Shown here: piece by piece, positions 46,179 through 58,349 of the stretch
Position numbering within the stretch: position 1 is the stretch's first letter
Layout: the number at the start of each line of letters is the position of its first letter
Source of the DNA: Candidatus Dasytiphilus stammeri
Lineage (GTDB): Bacteria; Pseudomonadota; Gammaproteobacteria; Enterobacterales; Enterobacteriaceae
NCBI GenBank assembly: GCA_041942865.1
Contig: CP145875.1
Span: forward strand, 248,819 to 312,818
Direction: 5' to 3'
DNA length: 64,000 bases
The notes under the pieces: generated by a model
Seen by the model: only the letters and a program-made list of their open reading frames with translations
What the model was told of the DNA's origin: nothing
Database searches by the model: none
Made by a program: the position numbers and the translations under genes

Positions 46179-47453
46179 TTATGATTTCCAACATACTAAA
46201 CAGTAATTTTTTTTACCACGTCGTAATAATGTATAACGACCACAAAGCTTATCAACTGAGCTAAAACGGTATTTAGTATCATTGGTTTTTTTACCATTAA
46301 TGGTGATCGCACCAGCAGAAATTAATGAGCGTGCTTGGCTTCGTGATGATACTAGTTGAGCATTCACCAGAACCTGTAGCAAATCAGCAGCTTTTACTAA
46401 TTCAATTGCTGGCATCCCATCTTGGGCAAGCTGACTGAAATCAGCTTCCTTCATTTTACTTATGGTACCATAAAATAAACTTTGTGTGATACGTTTTGCA
46501 GCCGCCAATCCGTTAGTACCATGTACCATTCTTGTTACCTGTTCAGCTAATATAAACTGCGCACGTTGCGCAATTTTAGTCGTTTGATCTTCTTCCTCTA
46601 ATCTAGAAATGATCTGCATATCCATAACAGTCAATAATTTAAGAAATCTATATACGTCAAGATCTGCTGTGTTGATCCAAAACTGGTAAAATTTATAAGG
46701 ACTAGTTTTTTTAGCATTAAGCCATATGGTATCAGTATCGGTTTTACCAAATTTAATACCATTAGCTTTTGTAATTAATGGAAGAGTGATCCCAAATACT
46801 TTTTTTTGATGTAGTTTCCTAGTTAAATAAATCCCCGAGGTAATATTCCCCCACTGATCAGAGCCACCTATTTGCAATTCAACACCATACTGTGTATTTA
46901 GACAAGCAAAATCATAACTTTGTAATAAATTATAAGCAAATTCAGTAAAAGAAATACCTATCTCATCACGATTGAAGCGCTGTTTAATGGCTTCTTTATT
47001 AATTAACTGATTAATAGTAAAATGTTTACCAACAATACGTAGGAAATCTAAAACACTCATTTTACCAAGCCAGGTATAATTATTGACGATAATAGCACTA
47101 TTATCTCCACAATTAAAATCTAAAAATCGCGCGATTTGATCGGAAATTTTTTTTATCCATTCGTTTACTTGATCAGTAGTATTTAGCTTACGTTCACGGG
47201 CTTTAAAACTGGGATCACCAATTAAACCGGTTCCTCCGCCTATCAGGACGATAGGTTTATGACCAGCATTCTGAAACATTTTCATGCAAAGCAAGGGCAC
47301 TAGGTGTCCTAAATGTAAGCTATCCGCAGTTGGATCAAAACCACAATAAAGTAAAATGCTTCCCTGTGCGAGTCTTTTGGTTAATGCCTTCTCATTCGTT
47401 ATTTGAGATATCAGGCCCCTTTCTTTCAATTTATTAATCAGATTAGTAGTCAT
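46179..47453 (-). CDS. tyrS: tyrosyl-tRNA synthetase
   Basis: [16 protein letters not shown] (HIGH), KFGKT (KMSKS), C-terminal S4-like domain. Confidence 0.95.
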   Translation of the reverse strand: MTTNLINKLKERGLISQITNEKALTKRLAQGSILLYCGFDPTADSLHLGHLVPLLCMKMFQNAGHKPIVLIGGGTGLIGDPSFKARERKLNTTDQVNEWIKKISDQIARFLDFNCGDNSAIIVNNYTWLGKMSVLDFLRIVGKHFTINQLINKEAIKQRFNRDEIGISFTEFAYNLLQSYDFACLNTQYGVELQIGGSDQWGNITSGIYLTRKLHQKKVFGITLPLITKANGIKFGKTDTDTIWLNAKKTSPYKFYQFWINTADLDVYRFLKLLTVMDMQIISRLEEEDQTTKIAQRAQFILAEQVTRMVHGTNGLAAAKRITQSLFYGTISKMKEADFSQLAQDGMPAIELVKAADLLQVLVNAQLVSSRSQARSLISAGAITINGKKTNDTKYRFSSVDKLCGRYTLLRRGKKNYCLVCWKS

Positions 47454-47510
47454 TCAGTGATTAAGTAATATTTTATGAAACCACCTTAGTGGAAATTTAT
47501 ATTATTATGT

Positions 47511-48164
47511 TTAGGGAGATAAACGATCTATTTTCCATTGTTTTCCTTCACGATGAAAAAAAAATCGATCATGTAAACGATGTTTACCACCTTGCCAAAA
47601 TTCTATGGCGTTAATGTACACCCTAAAGCCACCCCAAAAATTGGGTAAAGGTATTTCTTGATGTTGAAACTGTTGTTTTAGTTTAATAAATTTACGTTCT
47701 AATACTTTGCGAGTGGGAATAATATTTGATTGATGTGAAACCCAAGCTCCAATTTGGCTATTACGAGGACGACTATGAAAATATTTTTCGGTCTCTCTAA
47801 TGGAGAGACGTTGCACACTACCGAGCACTATCACTTGTCGTTCCAGCATATTCCAAGGAAATAATAAGCTAATACATGGATTGTTATTTAGATGCTGTGC
47901 TTTACGGCTACTTAGATTAGTAAAAAATATCATTCCTTGTTCATCCAAATGCTTAAGGAGTACCATGCGTTGCCAAGGCTGTGAGCCGTCTACGGTGGCT
48001 AGACACATCGCAGTGGGATCTGGAAGCTTGGCGGCACATGCTTGGTTCAACCATTGTCTAAACAAGGTCAATGGTTCCAAAGGTAAATTAGTACGGCGCA
48101 GACTACCACCAGTATATTCTCGACGCAATTGTGCAATTTTAGGTAAATCAGAGATTTCTGTCAT
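47511..48164 (-). CDS. pdxH: pyridoxine/pyridoxamine 5'-phosphate oxidase
   Basis: LRREY, MVLLK, FFTN..SRK, IEFWQGG..RLHDR motifs. Confidence 0.93.
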   Translation of the reverse strand: MTEISDLPKIAQLRREYTGGSLRRTNLPLEPLTLFRQWLNQACAAKLPDPTAMCLATVDGSQPWQRMVLLKHLDEQGMIFFTNLSSRKAQHLNNNPCISLLFPWNMLERQVIVLGSVQRLSIRETEKYFHSRPRNSQIGAWVSHQSNIIPTRKVLERKFIKLKQQFQHQEIPLPNFWGGFRVYINAIEFWQGGKHRLHDRFFFHREGKQWKIDRLSP

Positions 48165-48177
48165 GAAAATATCTTTT

Positions 48178-48528
48178 TTAATTAATTGAATCAGGAGATG
48201 AACATAACCGATATTTATCTGCAGTTTCTTTTATTATACTCTGTAATTCCCCATGTTGGAACATCTCAATCATAATATCACAACCACCAATGAGTTTTTG
48301 ATCTACCCATAATTGGGGGAAAGTAGGCCAATTAGCATATTTAGGTAATTCAGCACGAATATCCGGATGTTTTAAAACATCTACGTAGGAAAATTTTTCA
48401 ATACATGCCAGAAGTATCTGTGCAGCCTGTGCAGAAAAACCACAGGATGGAAGCTTTGGTGAACCTTTCATAAAAAGCAAAATTGGATTGTCAGCAATTT
48501 GCCGCTTAATTTTTTCAATAGAATCCAT
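48178..48528 (-). CDS. grxD: monothiol glutaredoxin Grx4
   Basis: [28 protein letters not shown] with the CGFS active site. Near-identical to E. coli GrxD. The 41-codon N-terminal extension of the track ORF was removed. Confidence 0.93.
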   Translation of the reverse strand: MDSIEKIKRQIADNPILLFMKGSPKLPSCGFSAQAAQILLACIEKFSYVDVLKHPDIRAELPKYANWPTFPQLWVDQKLIGGCDIMIEMFQHGELQSIIKETADKYRLCSSPDSIN

Positions 48529-48653
48529 TATTACTTTACCTTGATTTAGAGTAAATTTAATTAATTTTACTCTAAAAACTTGGCACGAGTAAACGCAAAA
48601 TATTAAAAACTGAAAGGTGCGTATAATCATAGGTAAGCAAAATAGATTCACTT

Positions 48654-49283
48654 TTAATAATGCATAGTAGCTAGATCTTTATCTAAGCATAAAGATTCAA
48701 CAGTTTCGATAATAGTTTTCGTATAAAAATCAATTTCAATGTTGACTGTATCTGTCAATCTCTTACTACCAAGTGTAGTGCGAGCAATAGTCTCTGGGAT
48801 CAAATGTACCCCAAATTGATTATCTTTTACCGATCCAATTGTCAAGCTAATTCCGTCAACAGCAATAAAACCCTTATACCGTATATATTTGCGGACACTT
48901 TCATCTCGCAGTTGAAACCATAATTCACTATTATTTTTTATATGGATAATTTTTATGATTTCTGCAGTAGTCATTATATGACCAGAAATTAAATGTCCGC
49001 CAATTTCATCACCTAATTTTGCAGCACGTTCTACATTAACTTGATCGCCAGGTTTTAACTCTCCTAAATTTGTTACAGATAAAGTTTCCTTGATGAGATC
49101 AAATCTTACTTGGTCGTGATTAATGGCCGCGATTGTTAAACAACAACCATTGTTAGCTACTGACATACCACTTTTCAAGCCCACTAGCATCTCAGTTGGT
49201 AATCTAATTATGTGGGTGCGCAACTCTTTAGTTTGCTTTATCTTTAGTACGTTTGCTATACCTTGTATAATTCCAGTAAACAT
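48654..49283 (-). CDS. ribC: riboflavin synthase alpha chain
   Basis: MFTGII.G N-terminus and an internally duplicated lumazine-binding repeat (GVSLTV-like: GCCLTI / GISLTI). Confidence 0.92.
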   Translation of the reverse strand: MFTGIIQGIANVLKIKQTKELRTHIIRLPTEMLVGLKSGMSVANNGCCLTIAAINHDQVRFDLIKETLSVTNLGELKPGDQVNVERAAKLGDEIGGHLISGHIMTTAEIIKIIHIKNNSELWFQLRDESVRKYIRYKGFIAVDGISLTIGSVKDNQFGVHLIPETIARTTLGSKRLTDTVNIEIDFYTKTIIETVESLCLDKDLATMHY

Positions 49284-49442
49284 CTATTGAATAATATTAT
49301 TGTTCTTATCATATTGCTGCCAGCCAGTATAGCAGCATGAAAAAAAATAATATAAATAATTTTTTCGGTGGTAAAGTTTGTCTAAACTAACATGTAACGT
49401 TAAAATAAGATTTTTTTAGTTATTTTATAAAGGATAAGATAC

Positions 49443-50807
49443 GTGCATAAATATTTTGCAGAAGCACGTCAACTATTAATGCTAGCTGGCCCCGTAATTA
49501 TGGCACAAATCGCACAAACTGCAATTGGTTTTGTGAATATCATTATGGCTGGAGCCGTTAGTACTGCTGACATGGCTGCGGTGGCTATGGGTACCTCAAT
49601 ATGGTTACCGGCAATTTTATTTGGCTATGGTTTAATCCTTGCACTAACACCAGTAGTTGCACAACTTAATGGTTCAGGTCGTCGCGACCAGATCGCTTAT
49701 CAGGTTTCTCAAGCTTACTGGCTAGCAGCAATAGCATCTATGTTAATTATGTTGGTACTCTACAATGCAAGTTATATTATTCATTTAATGCCTGACATCA
49801 ATCCAATACTTGCTGATAAAACGGTTTTTTATTTACATGCCATGCTATATGGTACTCCAGGTTATTTATTTTTTCAGGTGTTACGTAATCAATGTGAAGG
49901 TCTTGCAAACCCTAAACCAGGCATGGTAATAGGTTTTATTGGATTAATAGTGAATATTCCAGTTAATTATATTTTTATTCATGGTAAATTTGGGATGCCA
50001 GCTTTTGGTGGAGTAGGGTGCGGAATAGCAACCGCGTTTGTTTACTGGATTATGTTTATCACCATGATAACCTGGTTGAAATTTACTAGTAATAACACCC
50101 CAAGCACAAGTTTAGTAAAGCCAGATAGGAAAGTACTATGGCGTCTGATTACTCTAGGATTTCCAATTGCTCTATCTTTTTTCTTTGAAGTGACTTTATT
50201 TGCCATGGTTGCTTTGCTGATTTCTCATTTAGGGGTTGTGCAAGTAGCGGGTCACCAAATTGCGCTAAATTTTAGTTCTCTGGTTTTTGTTTTACCACTA
50301 TCACTTAGTGTAGCAACGACGATTAGGGTAAGTTTTCAGCTGGGCCGAGGTTCCATAAAAAATGCTAAGTTAGCCGCTGATACCGCTCATGCTACTGGGG
50401 TTGCTATTGCGAGTTTTACCGCAATTTTTACGATAATTTATCGTGATCACATTGCGTTATGGTATAATGATAATCCACAAGTGGTAGCACTTGCAGCACA
50501 GCTTATGTTATTGGCAGCTCTCTATCAGATTTCTGATGCGGTACAAATTATTGGTAGTGGTATCTTACGAGGTTATAAAGATACTCGTTCTATTTCTCTA
50601 ATTACTTTTACCGCTTATTGGTTACTAGGATTACCTTGTGGATATATCCTCGCGCTAACTGATTGGATCGTTACTCCTTTAGGTCCGGCTGGGTTTTGGA
50701 TAGGATTTATTGTCGGGTTAACTACGTCAGCACTTATGATGATCCATCGGATACGCAAATTACAAAGTTTTTCTGCGGAGGAAATTTTCAAGATAGCAGC
50801 TAATTAA
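49443..50807 (+). CDS. mdtK: MATE-family multidrug efflux pump MdtK/NorM (GTG start)
   Basis: 12-TM MATE. KYF.EAR.LL.LA.PVI.AQIAQTA.GFV. N-terminus colinear with E. coli MdtK. Confidence 0.9.
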   Translation: MHKYFAEARQLLMLAGPVIMAQIAQTAIGFVNIIMAGAVSTADMAAVAMGTSIWLPAILFGYGLILALTPVVAQLNGSGRRDQIAYQVSQAYWLAAIASMLIMLVLYNASYIIHLMPDINPILADKTVFYLHAMLYGTPGYLFFQVLRNQCEGLANPKPGMVIGFIGLIVNIPVNYIFIHGKFGMPAFGGVGCGIATAFVYWIMFITMITWLKFTSNNTPSTSLVKPDRKVLWRLITLGFPIALSFFFEVTLFAMVALLISHLGVVQVAGHQIALNFSSLVFVLPLSLSVATTIRVSFQLGRGSIKNAKLAADTAHATGVAIASFTAIFTIIYRDHIALWYNDNPQVVALAAQLMLLAALYQISDAVQIIGSGILRGYKDTRSISLITFTAYWLLGLPCGYILALTDWIVTPLGPAGFWIGFIVGLTTSALMMIHRIRKLQSFSAEEIFKIAAN

Positions 50808-50863
50808 AATGAACAGGGTACTTTTGGAGTAATTTTTATATTATACTAGTGGAGTAATACAAT

Positions 50864-50937
50864 ACGTCCGTAGCTCAGTAGGTTAGAGTACCACCTTGAC
50901 ATGGTGGTGGTCAGTGGTTCAAGTCCACTCGGACGTA
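50864..50937 (+). tRNA. valV: tRNA-Val (GAC)
   Basis: ACGTCCGTAGCTCAGTAGGTTAGAGTACCACC-TTGACAT-GGTGG...GGTTCAAGTCCACTCGGACGTA is close to E. coli valV/valW. 3' CCA not encoded (ACCCG). Confidence 0.92.
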
Positions 50938-51051
50938 CCCGATGAGGCAATAAAATTTCTGAAAATCGAGTAGAAGCCGCGTACCGCCAGCGGCGGAGGT
51001 ATTAAATTGACTAACTGGCACAACGATAATGGTGATAACCATAAATCTAGA

Positions 51052-52137
51052 ATGTGTAAAGAGAAAAATTCTTGTCTGAAAAATCTGCTACAAGGAGTAG
51101 ATATCCCACAAATACTATTTTTATGTATGTTTATTACCTTGTTAATCATCACCTGTTTTTTGGTAGTACAGCCATTTATTCCTGGTTTTGCCTGGGCAAG
51201 TATGGTAGTAATTACAACTTGGCCTTTACTACTAAAAATCCAGAAATTGCTATGCGGCCGTAGAACACTAGCGATTATTGTTATGATACTTATCCTATTT
51301 TTATTATTTATTATTCCGATAGCTTTACTAATAAATAGTTTTATGGATAATATGATTCCAATCATTCAAAATATTACCTCAGGTAAGATCCAACCTCCCC
51401 AGTTGCATTGGCTTCTTAATATTCCTATTATAGGAGCAAAACTTTATTCTAGCTGGCATAGTATTTTAGCTGGGGAAAGTAACTCGATAATTACATATCT
51501 CAAACCTTATATGGGCAGAACTACAACCTTTATTTTTTCGCAAGCCGCACATTTGGGACGTCTCATGCTACATGTTAGTTTAATGCTGCTATTTAGCATA
51601 TTGCTTTATTGGCGTGGTGAGCAGATAGCACAAGGAGTTCGTCATTTTGCTAGGCGGATAGCTACACATCGTGGTGATGCCGCGGTGTTATTAGCGAGCC
51701 AAGCTATCCGCGCCGTAGCTCTAGGGGTAACTGTTACCGCTTTAGTACAAGGAATCCTAGCAGGTATTGGTCTAGCACTTTCTGGAATCCCTTATGCTAC
51801 ATTGTTAACAGTACTTTTAATTTTATTTTGTTTGATGCAGTTAGGTACACTTCCCGTATTAATACCGGCTATAATTTGGCTTTACTGGCGGGGTGATACG
51901 ACTTATGGGACGCTTTTAATAATTTGGAGCTGTATTGTTGTGACTTTAGATAATATCTTACGACCATTTTTAATCCGTATGGGAGCCGACTTACCAATAA
52001 TTCTAATTCTTTGTGGCGTTATAGGTGGCCTGTTAACTTTTGGTATGATAGGTCTGTTCATTGGGCCAGTAGTTTTGGCAATTTCATATCGGTTACTTAC
52101 CGCTTGGATGAATGAATCTCCCACAGATGATAATTAA
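51052..52137 (+). CDS. ydiK: AI-2E/PerM-family (UPF0118) membrane protein YdiK
   Basis: VQPFIPGFAWAS, WRGEQIAQGVRHFA.R, GDAAVLLASQAIRAVALGV and PVLIPAIIWLYW.GDTT are colinear with E. coli YdiK. The start is uncertain (the track TTG at 51007 is also possible). Confidence 0.85.
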   Translation: MCKEKNSCLKNLLQGVDIPQILFLCMFITLLIITCFLVVQPFIPGFAWASMVVITTWPLLLKIQKLLCGRRTLAIIVMILILFLLFIIPIALLINSFMDNMIPIIQNITSGKIQPPQLHWLLNIPIIGAKLYSSWHSILAGESNSIITYLKPYMGRTTTFIFSQAAHLGRLMLHVSLMLLFSILLYWRGEQIAQGVRHFARRIATHRGDAAVLLASQAIRAVALGVTVTALVQGILAGIGLALSGIPYATLLTVLLILFCLMQLGTLPVLIPAIIWLYWRGDTTYGTLLIIWSCIVVTLDNILRPFLIRMGADLPIILILCGVIGGLLTFGMIGLFIGPVVLAISYRLLTAWMNESPTDDN

Positions 52138-52168
52138 ATCGCCATAAAAAATATTAAGGTTTAGATTA

Positions 52169-53011
52169 ATGATGAAGAAACAACTGGGTTTTATTGGTGG
52201 CGGTAATATGGCCAATGCAATCATTGGTGGTATTATTGAAAGTAGACAATTAATTCCAGAAAATATTTATGTCTATGATTGCCATCCCGAAAAGAGTAAA
52301 AGATTACAGCAAAAATATGGGATAACTTTAAATTTTAGTGAACAAGAAGTAGCAAAAAATGCTCATATTTTATTTCTGGCAGTTAAACCGAACGTTATTA
52401 TCGAGGTGCTAAAAGATAATAAGCTATCTCTCAGGAAAAAAGATTTTATCGTAATTTCTCTGGCGGCTGGTGTAACATTAGATTGGCTAGCTAGATTAAT
52501 AGGACCAGGTTATAAAATTATACGTGTTATGTCCAATACACCAGCTTTAGTAGGAAAAGCCATGACCTCAGTAACACCAAACGCATTGGTTACACAACAG
52601 GAAGTTAATGAAGTACTAAATATATTTAATATGATAGGTAAAACGGAAATTTTACCAGAATCTCTTATTCACACTGTGATTGGCGTTAGCAGTTCGGCTC
52701 CTGCTTATGTCTATATGTTTATAGAAGCGATGGCTGATGCCGCGGTTAATGCTGGAATGCCACGTATACAAGCTTATAAATTTGCTGCACAGGCAGTAAA
52801 GGGTGCCGCCCAAATGGTCCTACAAACCGGAAAACATCCAGGTGAATTAAAAGACGAGGTTTGTTCTCCAAACGGGACAACTATTGAAGCAGTAAAGTTA
52901 TTAGAAGAAAAAGGGTTACGCGCTGCTGTGTTGGCTGCTATACAATCATGCATAGAAAAATCCATTAAGATAGAAGATAATATCCTACAATCATTCTCAG
53001 GTATCAGGTAA
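52169..53011 (+). CDS. proC: pyrroline-5-carboxylate reductase
   Basis: GFIGGGNMA, AVKP, NTPALVG..MTSVTPN, MFIEAMADAAV, CSPNGTTIEAV. Colinear with E. coli ProC. Confidence 0.93.
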   Translation: MMKKQLGFIGGGNMANAIIGGIIESRQLIPENIYVYDCHPEKSKRLQQKYGITLNFSEQEVAKNAHILFLAVKPNVIIEVLKDNKLSLRKKDFIVISLAAGVTLDWLARLIGPGYKIIRVMSNTPALVGKAMTSVTPNALVTQQEVNEVLNIFNMIGKTEILPESLIHTVIGVSSSAPAYVYMFIEAMADAAVNAGMPRIQAYKFAAQAVKGAAQMVLQTGKHPGELKDEVCSPNGTTIEAVKLLEEKGLRAAVLAAIQSCIEKSIKIEDNILQSFSGIR

Positions 53012-53021
53012 GATGGCTAAT

Positions 53022-53052
53022 AAAATTATATAGTTTATAACTATATAATTTT
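53022..53052. repeat. perfect 14-bp inverted repeat (AAAATTATATAGTT-tat-AACTATATAATTTT) just after proC
   Basis: Read directly from the sequence. The stem is almost entirely A/T. Possible weak terminator for proC and/or promoter/operator of the next small gene (contains TATAAT). Confidence 0.4.
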
Positions 53053-53090
53053 ATCATCTCTTCTTTAATGAATCATTTTGGAGGATGAGT

Positions 53091-53294
53091 ATGAAGCAGG
53101 TTGTAAACTCGGTGCCTAATGAAAATGAAAGACAATTGCTGACAGCAATCATGAATGAACTTACAAATTTAGGTAAACCGGTGACGAACAAAACCATCGT
53201 AGCTAATATCATTTATAAACTTGAATTAGAAGCAGATGAAATATTGCTGCAACAATATCGTAATATTCTTAATAAAATCATGGAAAAACTATAA
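53091..53294 (+). CDS. small (67 aa) helical protein of uncertain function, possibly a YmgB/AriR-like connector-family protein
   Basis: GGAGG lies 6 nt upstream of ATG 53091. The composition is all-helical and acidic. The resemblance to AriR-type proteins comes from memory and is weak. Confidence 0.45.
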   Translation: MKQVVNSVPNENERQLLTAIMNELTNLGKPVTNKTIVANIIYKLELEADEILLQQYRNILNKIMEKL

Positions 53295-53302
53295 ATCTAT
53301 GT

Positions 53303-53378
53303 GGGTCGTTAGCTTAGTTGGTAGAGCAGTGGACTCTTAATCCAATGGTCGGGGGTTCGAATCCCTCACGACCCACCA
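53303..53378 (+). tRNA. tRNA-Lys (CUU), CCA encoded
   Basis: GGGTCGTTAGCTTAGTTGGTAGAGCA-GTGGA-CTCTTAA-TCCAA-TGGTC-GGGGGTTCGAATCCCTC-ACGACCCACCA. This is the E. coli lysT scaffold but with anticodon CTT. Confidence 0.9.
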
Positions 53379-54646
53379 ATCGACGTCATCCCATCCATGT
53401 AAGAATGTAAAATATCTGGTACCAAAATACTACCATCGGATTGCTGATAATTTTCCATGACTGCTACTAGTGTACGGCCTATTGCTAATCCTGAACCATT
53501 TATAGTATGTACCAATCGGATTTTTTTATTTTCTTTACTTCGATAACGTGTCTGCATCCTACGGGCTTGAAAATCCCACATATTAGAGCAAGAAGATATT
53601 TCTCGGTAAATATTCTGAGCAGGTAACCAGACTTCTAGATCATAAGTTTTACACGCACTCGCCCCTAGATCGCCGGTACATAGCAACATCTTTCGGTACG
53701 GTAATTTAAGCAATTTAAGTACGGCTTCGGCATGACTAGTTAATAATTCTAATGCATGCATAGAATCTTCGGGACGTGTAATTTGCACTAATTCTACTTT
53801 ATCAAATTGATGCGTACGAATTAGACCGGAGTTTTCACGACCATAAGAACCTGCTTCAGAACGGTAACATGGAGTATGTGCAGTAAATTTTATAGGCAAT
53901 AATTCATCTTCTAGGATTTCATTACGTACTAAATTAGTCAAGGGTACTTCTGCAGTAGGGATTAAAGCATAATGATCTTCTTTGTGGTGCAGTCTAGTAT
54001 GGAACAATTCTTCCCCAAATTTAGGAAGTTGCCCCGTGCCATAAAGTGAAGCATAATTAACTATAGAGGGAACATAAACTTCTGTATAGCCATGTTGGTT
54101 AGTGTGTAGATCCATCATAAACTGTCCCAACGCCCGATGTAGTCTGGCAAGCGGGCCTTTCATTACCACAAAACGACTTCCGGTTAACTTGACAGCGGAA
54201 GCTAAGTCAAGACCCTGAACCAGGTTACCTAAATTAACATGGTCACGCACAGTAAATTCATATTGCCGGCGTTCCCCCCACCTGGTGATTTCAATATTTT
54301 CGGTTTCATCTTTCCCGATAGGAACTTCATTAGCTGGTAGATTAGGAAGCGTCAACGACACTTCAAGAAGTTTATGTTTGAATGTATCTAGCTCGGTGAT
54401 TTTATAATCTAAAAATTCACTCAATACCTTCAATTCTTTGCGTAAACATTCGATATCTCCTCCATCACGTCCAAGGTTTTTAGCTCGTCTTTTGCGTTCC
54501 GCCTGCAATTGTTCGGTTTCAATTTGTAAAATTTTGCGACGAGCTTCTATCATGCGTAGTTGATCAATGTCAAGTTTAAAACCTCTACTTGCCAGTTTTT
54601 CAGCTACTATGTCTAGTTCATTACGTAGTAAATTGGGATCTAGCAT
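53366..54646 (-). CDS. serS: seryl-tRNA synthetase
   Basis: MLDPNLLRN, coiled-coil arm, class II motifs ([22 protein letters not shown]). The last 13 nt overlap the tRNA-Lys 3' end on the opposite strand. Confidence 0.95.
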   Translation of the reverse strand: MLDPNLLRNELDIVAEKLASRGFKLDIDQLRMIEARRKILQIETEQLQAERKRRAKNLGRDGGDIECLRKELKVLSEFLDYKITELDTFKHKLLEVSLTLPNLPANEVPIGKDETENIEITRWGERRQYEFTVRDHVNLGNLVQGLDLASAVKLTGSRFVVMKGPLARLHRALGQFMMDLHTNQHGYTEVYVPSIVNYASLYGTGQLPKFGEELFHTRLHHKEDHYALIPTAEVPLTNLVRNEILEDELLPIKFTAHTPCYRSEAGSYGRENSGLIRTHQFDKVELVQITRPEDSMHALELLTSHAEAVLKLLKLPYRKMLLCTGDLGASACKTYDLEVWLPAQNIYREISSCSNMWDFQARRMQTRYRSKENKKIRLVHTINGSGLAIGRTLVAVMENYQQSDGSILVPDILHSYMDGMTSIGGS

Positions 54647-54992
54647 ATTGATTGAATTTATCGTGGATCATCAAAAGTGATACCTTGGTCGAATAGTTCT
54701 ATATAAATCCATATTAAAGCTGATATAATCAGCAGGTTAAATGGTTAATTTTCGCAATACGTTGCGGTCATACTTCTGACTGATTAGCAAGTGCTCCGAA
54801 GGCAGAGATGATAACTAAGATTATCATATAAAATAGTAATAAAGAAATTTTTTATCTAAAAAAAGCAATAACTAATAAATAATAGAGCAATCCATAATAT
54901 ATAAGCCATTATCCAGTTAATGAGATGATGTGATATTATTTAATTATGAAAAAGCCCTCAAGCAAAATATAATAAGGTCATCAGCTAGTTAA

Positions 54993-56205
<1,213 letters not shown>

Positions 56206-56238
56206 GTTAACTTGATTTTTATAAAATGTTAATAACTG

Positions 56239-57519
56239 CTAGTAGTTAAATGTGGAAAGCTTATTTTTGTATGCAGCCCAATCTACAATTGGCCGAGTTG
56301 CAACTCCGGAGATCATGGCAGCTTGTGCCACGGCGGGTGCAATGTTGACAATCAATCGTGGATCAAATGGTTTAGGAATTAAATATTCTGATCCAAAAGT
56401 AAGCGCATCATCACTATAAGCAGATGCTACAATTTCATTAGTTTCTGCAAGGGCCAGATCCGCAATAGCATGTACTGCTGAAATTTTCATTTCTTCATTG
56501 ATGGTAGTAGCTCCTACATCCAGAGCTCCCCTAAATATAAAGGGAAAACAAAGAACATTATTCACCTGATTAGGATAATCTGAACGACCAGTACAGATTA
56601 TCGCATCTGGTCGTACTGTTTTGACTAGCGGAGGTAATATTTCTGGTTCTGGATTAGCTAAAGCCAGAATGAGGGGATCTTTAGCCATCCGCCTTACCAT
56701 TGACGGAGTTAAAATATTAGGTATCGAACATCCTAGAAAGATGTCCGCTCCATTAATAACTTCATCAAGAGTATACTGGCCGTTAACTTCTTCAATAGCA
56801 TACACCGCTTTGGAAATAGCTAATTCCTTGTCTCGGCCTTTATAAATTACACCCTTAGAATCACATACCACAATATTATGTTTCTGTATGCCTAGTGTAA
56901 CCAGGAGATTAAGACAAGCAATAGCTGAAGCACCAGCGCCGGATACTACGAGTCGAACATCAGAAATCTTCTTATTAACTACACGTAAACCATTGATAAC
57001 GGCGGCCGTACAAATAATGGCGGTTCCATGTTGATCATCATGAAATACCGGAATCTTCATCCGATCACGTAATACTTTTTCAATATAAAAACATTCAGGG
57101 GCTTTAATATCTTCAAGATTAATCCCACCAAAAGTAGGTTCTAGTGCAGTAATAACGTTAATTAATTTGTCAGGGTCCTGTTCATCAATTTCGATATCAA
57201 AAACATCAATACCTGCAAATTTTTTAAAAAGTACCCCTTTACCTTCCATAACTGGCTTGCCAGCAAGTGCTCCAATATTGCCTAGTCCTAGTACAGCCGT
57301 ACCATTAGAAATAACAGCTACCAAATTTCCTCTTGCAGTGTATTTATTGACAGCCAGAGGATCGGCAAGGATCTCCAAACAAGGCGCCGCAACTCCTGGA
57401 GAATAAGCCAGAGCTAAATCACGTTGTGTGGTTAAAGGTTTGGTGGCAGTAACTTGTATTTTACCTGGTACTGGAAACTGATGATAATCAAGTGCATATT
57501 TATTTAGTTGATCGTCCAT
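56239..57519 (-). CDS. maeB: NADP-dependent malic enzyme, catalytic domain only (no C-terminal PTA-like domain)
   Basis: [29 protein letters not shown] and [11 protein letters not shown] are colinear with E. coli MaeB residues 1 to about 425. The ORF ends at ..KLSTFNY, where MaeB continues into its roughly 330-aa PTA-like domain. Confidence 0.88.
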   Translation of the reverse strand: MDDQLNKYALDYHQFPVPGKIQVTATKPLTTQRDLALAYSPGVAAPCLEILADPLAVNKYTARGNLVAVISNGTAVLGLGNIGALAGKPVMEGKGVLFKKFAGIDVFDIEIDEQDPDKLINVITALEPTFGGINLEDIKAPECFYIEKVLRDRMKIPVFHDDQHGTAIICTAAVINGLRVVNKKISDVRLVVSGAGASAIACLNLLVTLGIQKHNIVVCDSKGVIYKGRDKELAISKAVYAIEEVNGQYTLDEVINGADIFLGCSIPNILTPSMVRRMAKDPLILALANPEPEILPPLVKTVRPDAIICTGRSDYPNQVNNVLCFPFIFRGALDVGATTINEEMKISAVHAIADLALAETNEIVASAYSDDALTFGSEYLIPKPFDPRLIVNIAPAVAQAAMISGVATRPIVDWAAYKNKLSTFNY

Positions 57520-57739
57520 TGTGATTCCTTGTTTTGATAGCAAAATTTAAGTTTATAATTTTATTATAACCATTCTATTTTAGAATGCCTGTCCAAGTCC
57601 AAATCTAAGTAAATAGTTTTAAACGCTGGTGACAAAAGATAGGAAAGATCTTCGAGATAATCAAAATCATGTAAAATCTAATATGACATGAAATAGTCAA
57701 CACTAATTTCTGATATACTATGCCATTTTTATGAAAGCT

Positions 57740-58330
57740 TCATAGCCTAAAATTTTTTAGATTTGCCTGTTGCAGAATTCTTTTTCGGGTTTCTTCATCA
57801 ATTTTTTTTCTAATTTTAACGAAAAATGGTGAAATCTTGGTTTGATCTTTTCCATATGTAAGATTGAATAGGTAATTAAAATCAACCGGATTATCTCCCT
57901 GATTATGCTGAATTATAGTTTCAAATTTATCAAAAGCTTTAACCACTTGTGCCTCAATAGAAGAGGCATCTTCATATTCGTCCCATAACTGTAAAAAATT
58001 ATTTCTTAGATTATCATCCAGTGATTGCATTAACTGTAGTAAGTCAGTACGTTCTCGTTTACTTTTATTCAATAAATCAACTTGATGAACAGCAGGTATA
58101 TCTCCATGAATAGCTTCTCCTAAATCATGTAATACACATAATTTTAGTACTTTGACAAAGTCCAGGGACTTTAACTGATCTTCAAAAGTCATAGCTAGCA
58201 AGCAAAGCCGCCATGAATGTTCAGCAGTGCTTTCTCTACGTCCGTTGGACGTAGACGCACTGCGCAGTGTATCTTTAAGCTTTTCTGCGTCGCGTATAAA
58301 TTGTAGACGGCCGCACACCAAATTAAGCAT
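57740..58330 (-). CDS. HD-domain phosphohydrolase (YfbR/HDDC2-like 5'-nucleotidase family)
   Basis: RRESTAEHSWRLCLLA (His), VLHDLGEAIHGDIPA (HD...D), VKAFDKFETIIQH. 196 aa, last gene of the operon. Confidence 0.75.
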   Translation of the reverse strand: MLNLVCGRLQFIRDAEKLKDTLRSASTSNGRRESTAEHSWRLCLLAMTFEDQLKSLDFVKVLKLCVLHDLGEAIHGDIPAVHQVDLLNKSKRERTDLLQLMQSLDDNLRNNFLQLWDEYEDASSIEAQVVKAFDKFETIIQHNQGDNPVDFNYLFNLTYGKDQTKISPFFVKIRKKIDEETRKRILQQANLKNFRL

Positions 58331-58349
58331 AATTTATTACCTATAGAGA

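Noticed and set aside
50919-51365. 148-aa minus-strand ORF overlapping tRNA-Val and the ydiK 5' region
   Set aside because: It is antisense to a strongly supported ydiK homolog and a tRNA. It has low-complexity, Ile/Asn/Lys-rich composition and no recognisable motif.
57571-57587. Inverted repeat CATTCTA-ttt-TAGAATG between the HD gene and maeB as the operon terminator
   Set aside because: The 7-bp stem has only one G/C-containing pair per arm and no following T-tract on the relevant strand. It sits about 150 nt beyond the stop, which is too weak to call.
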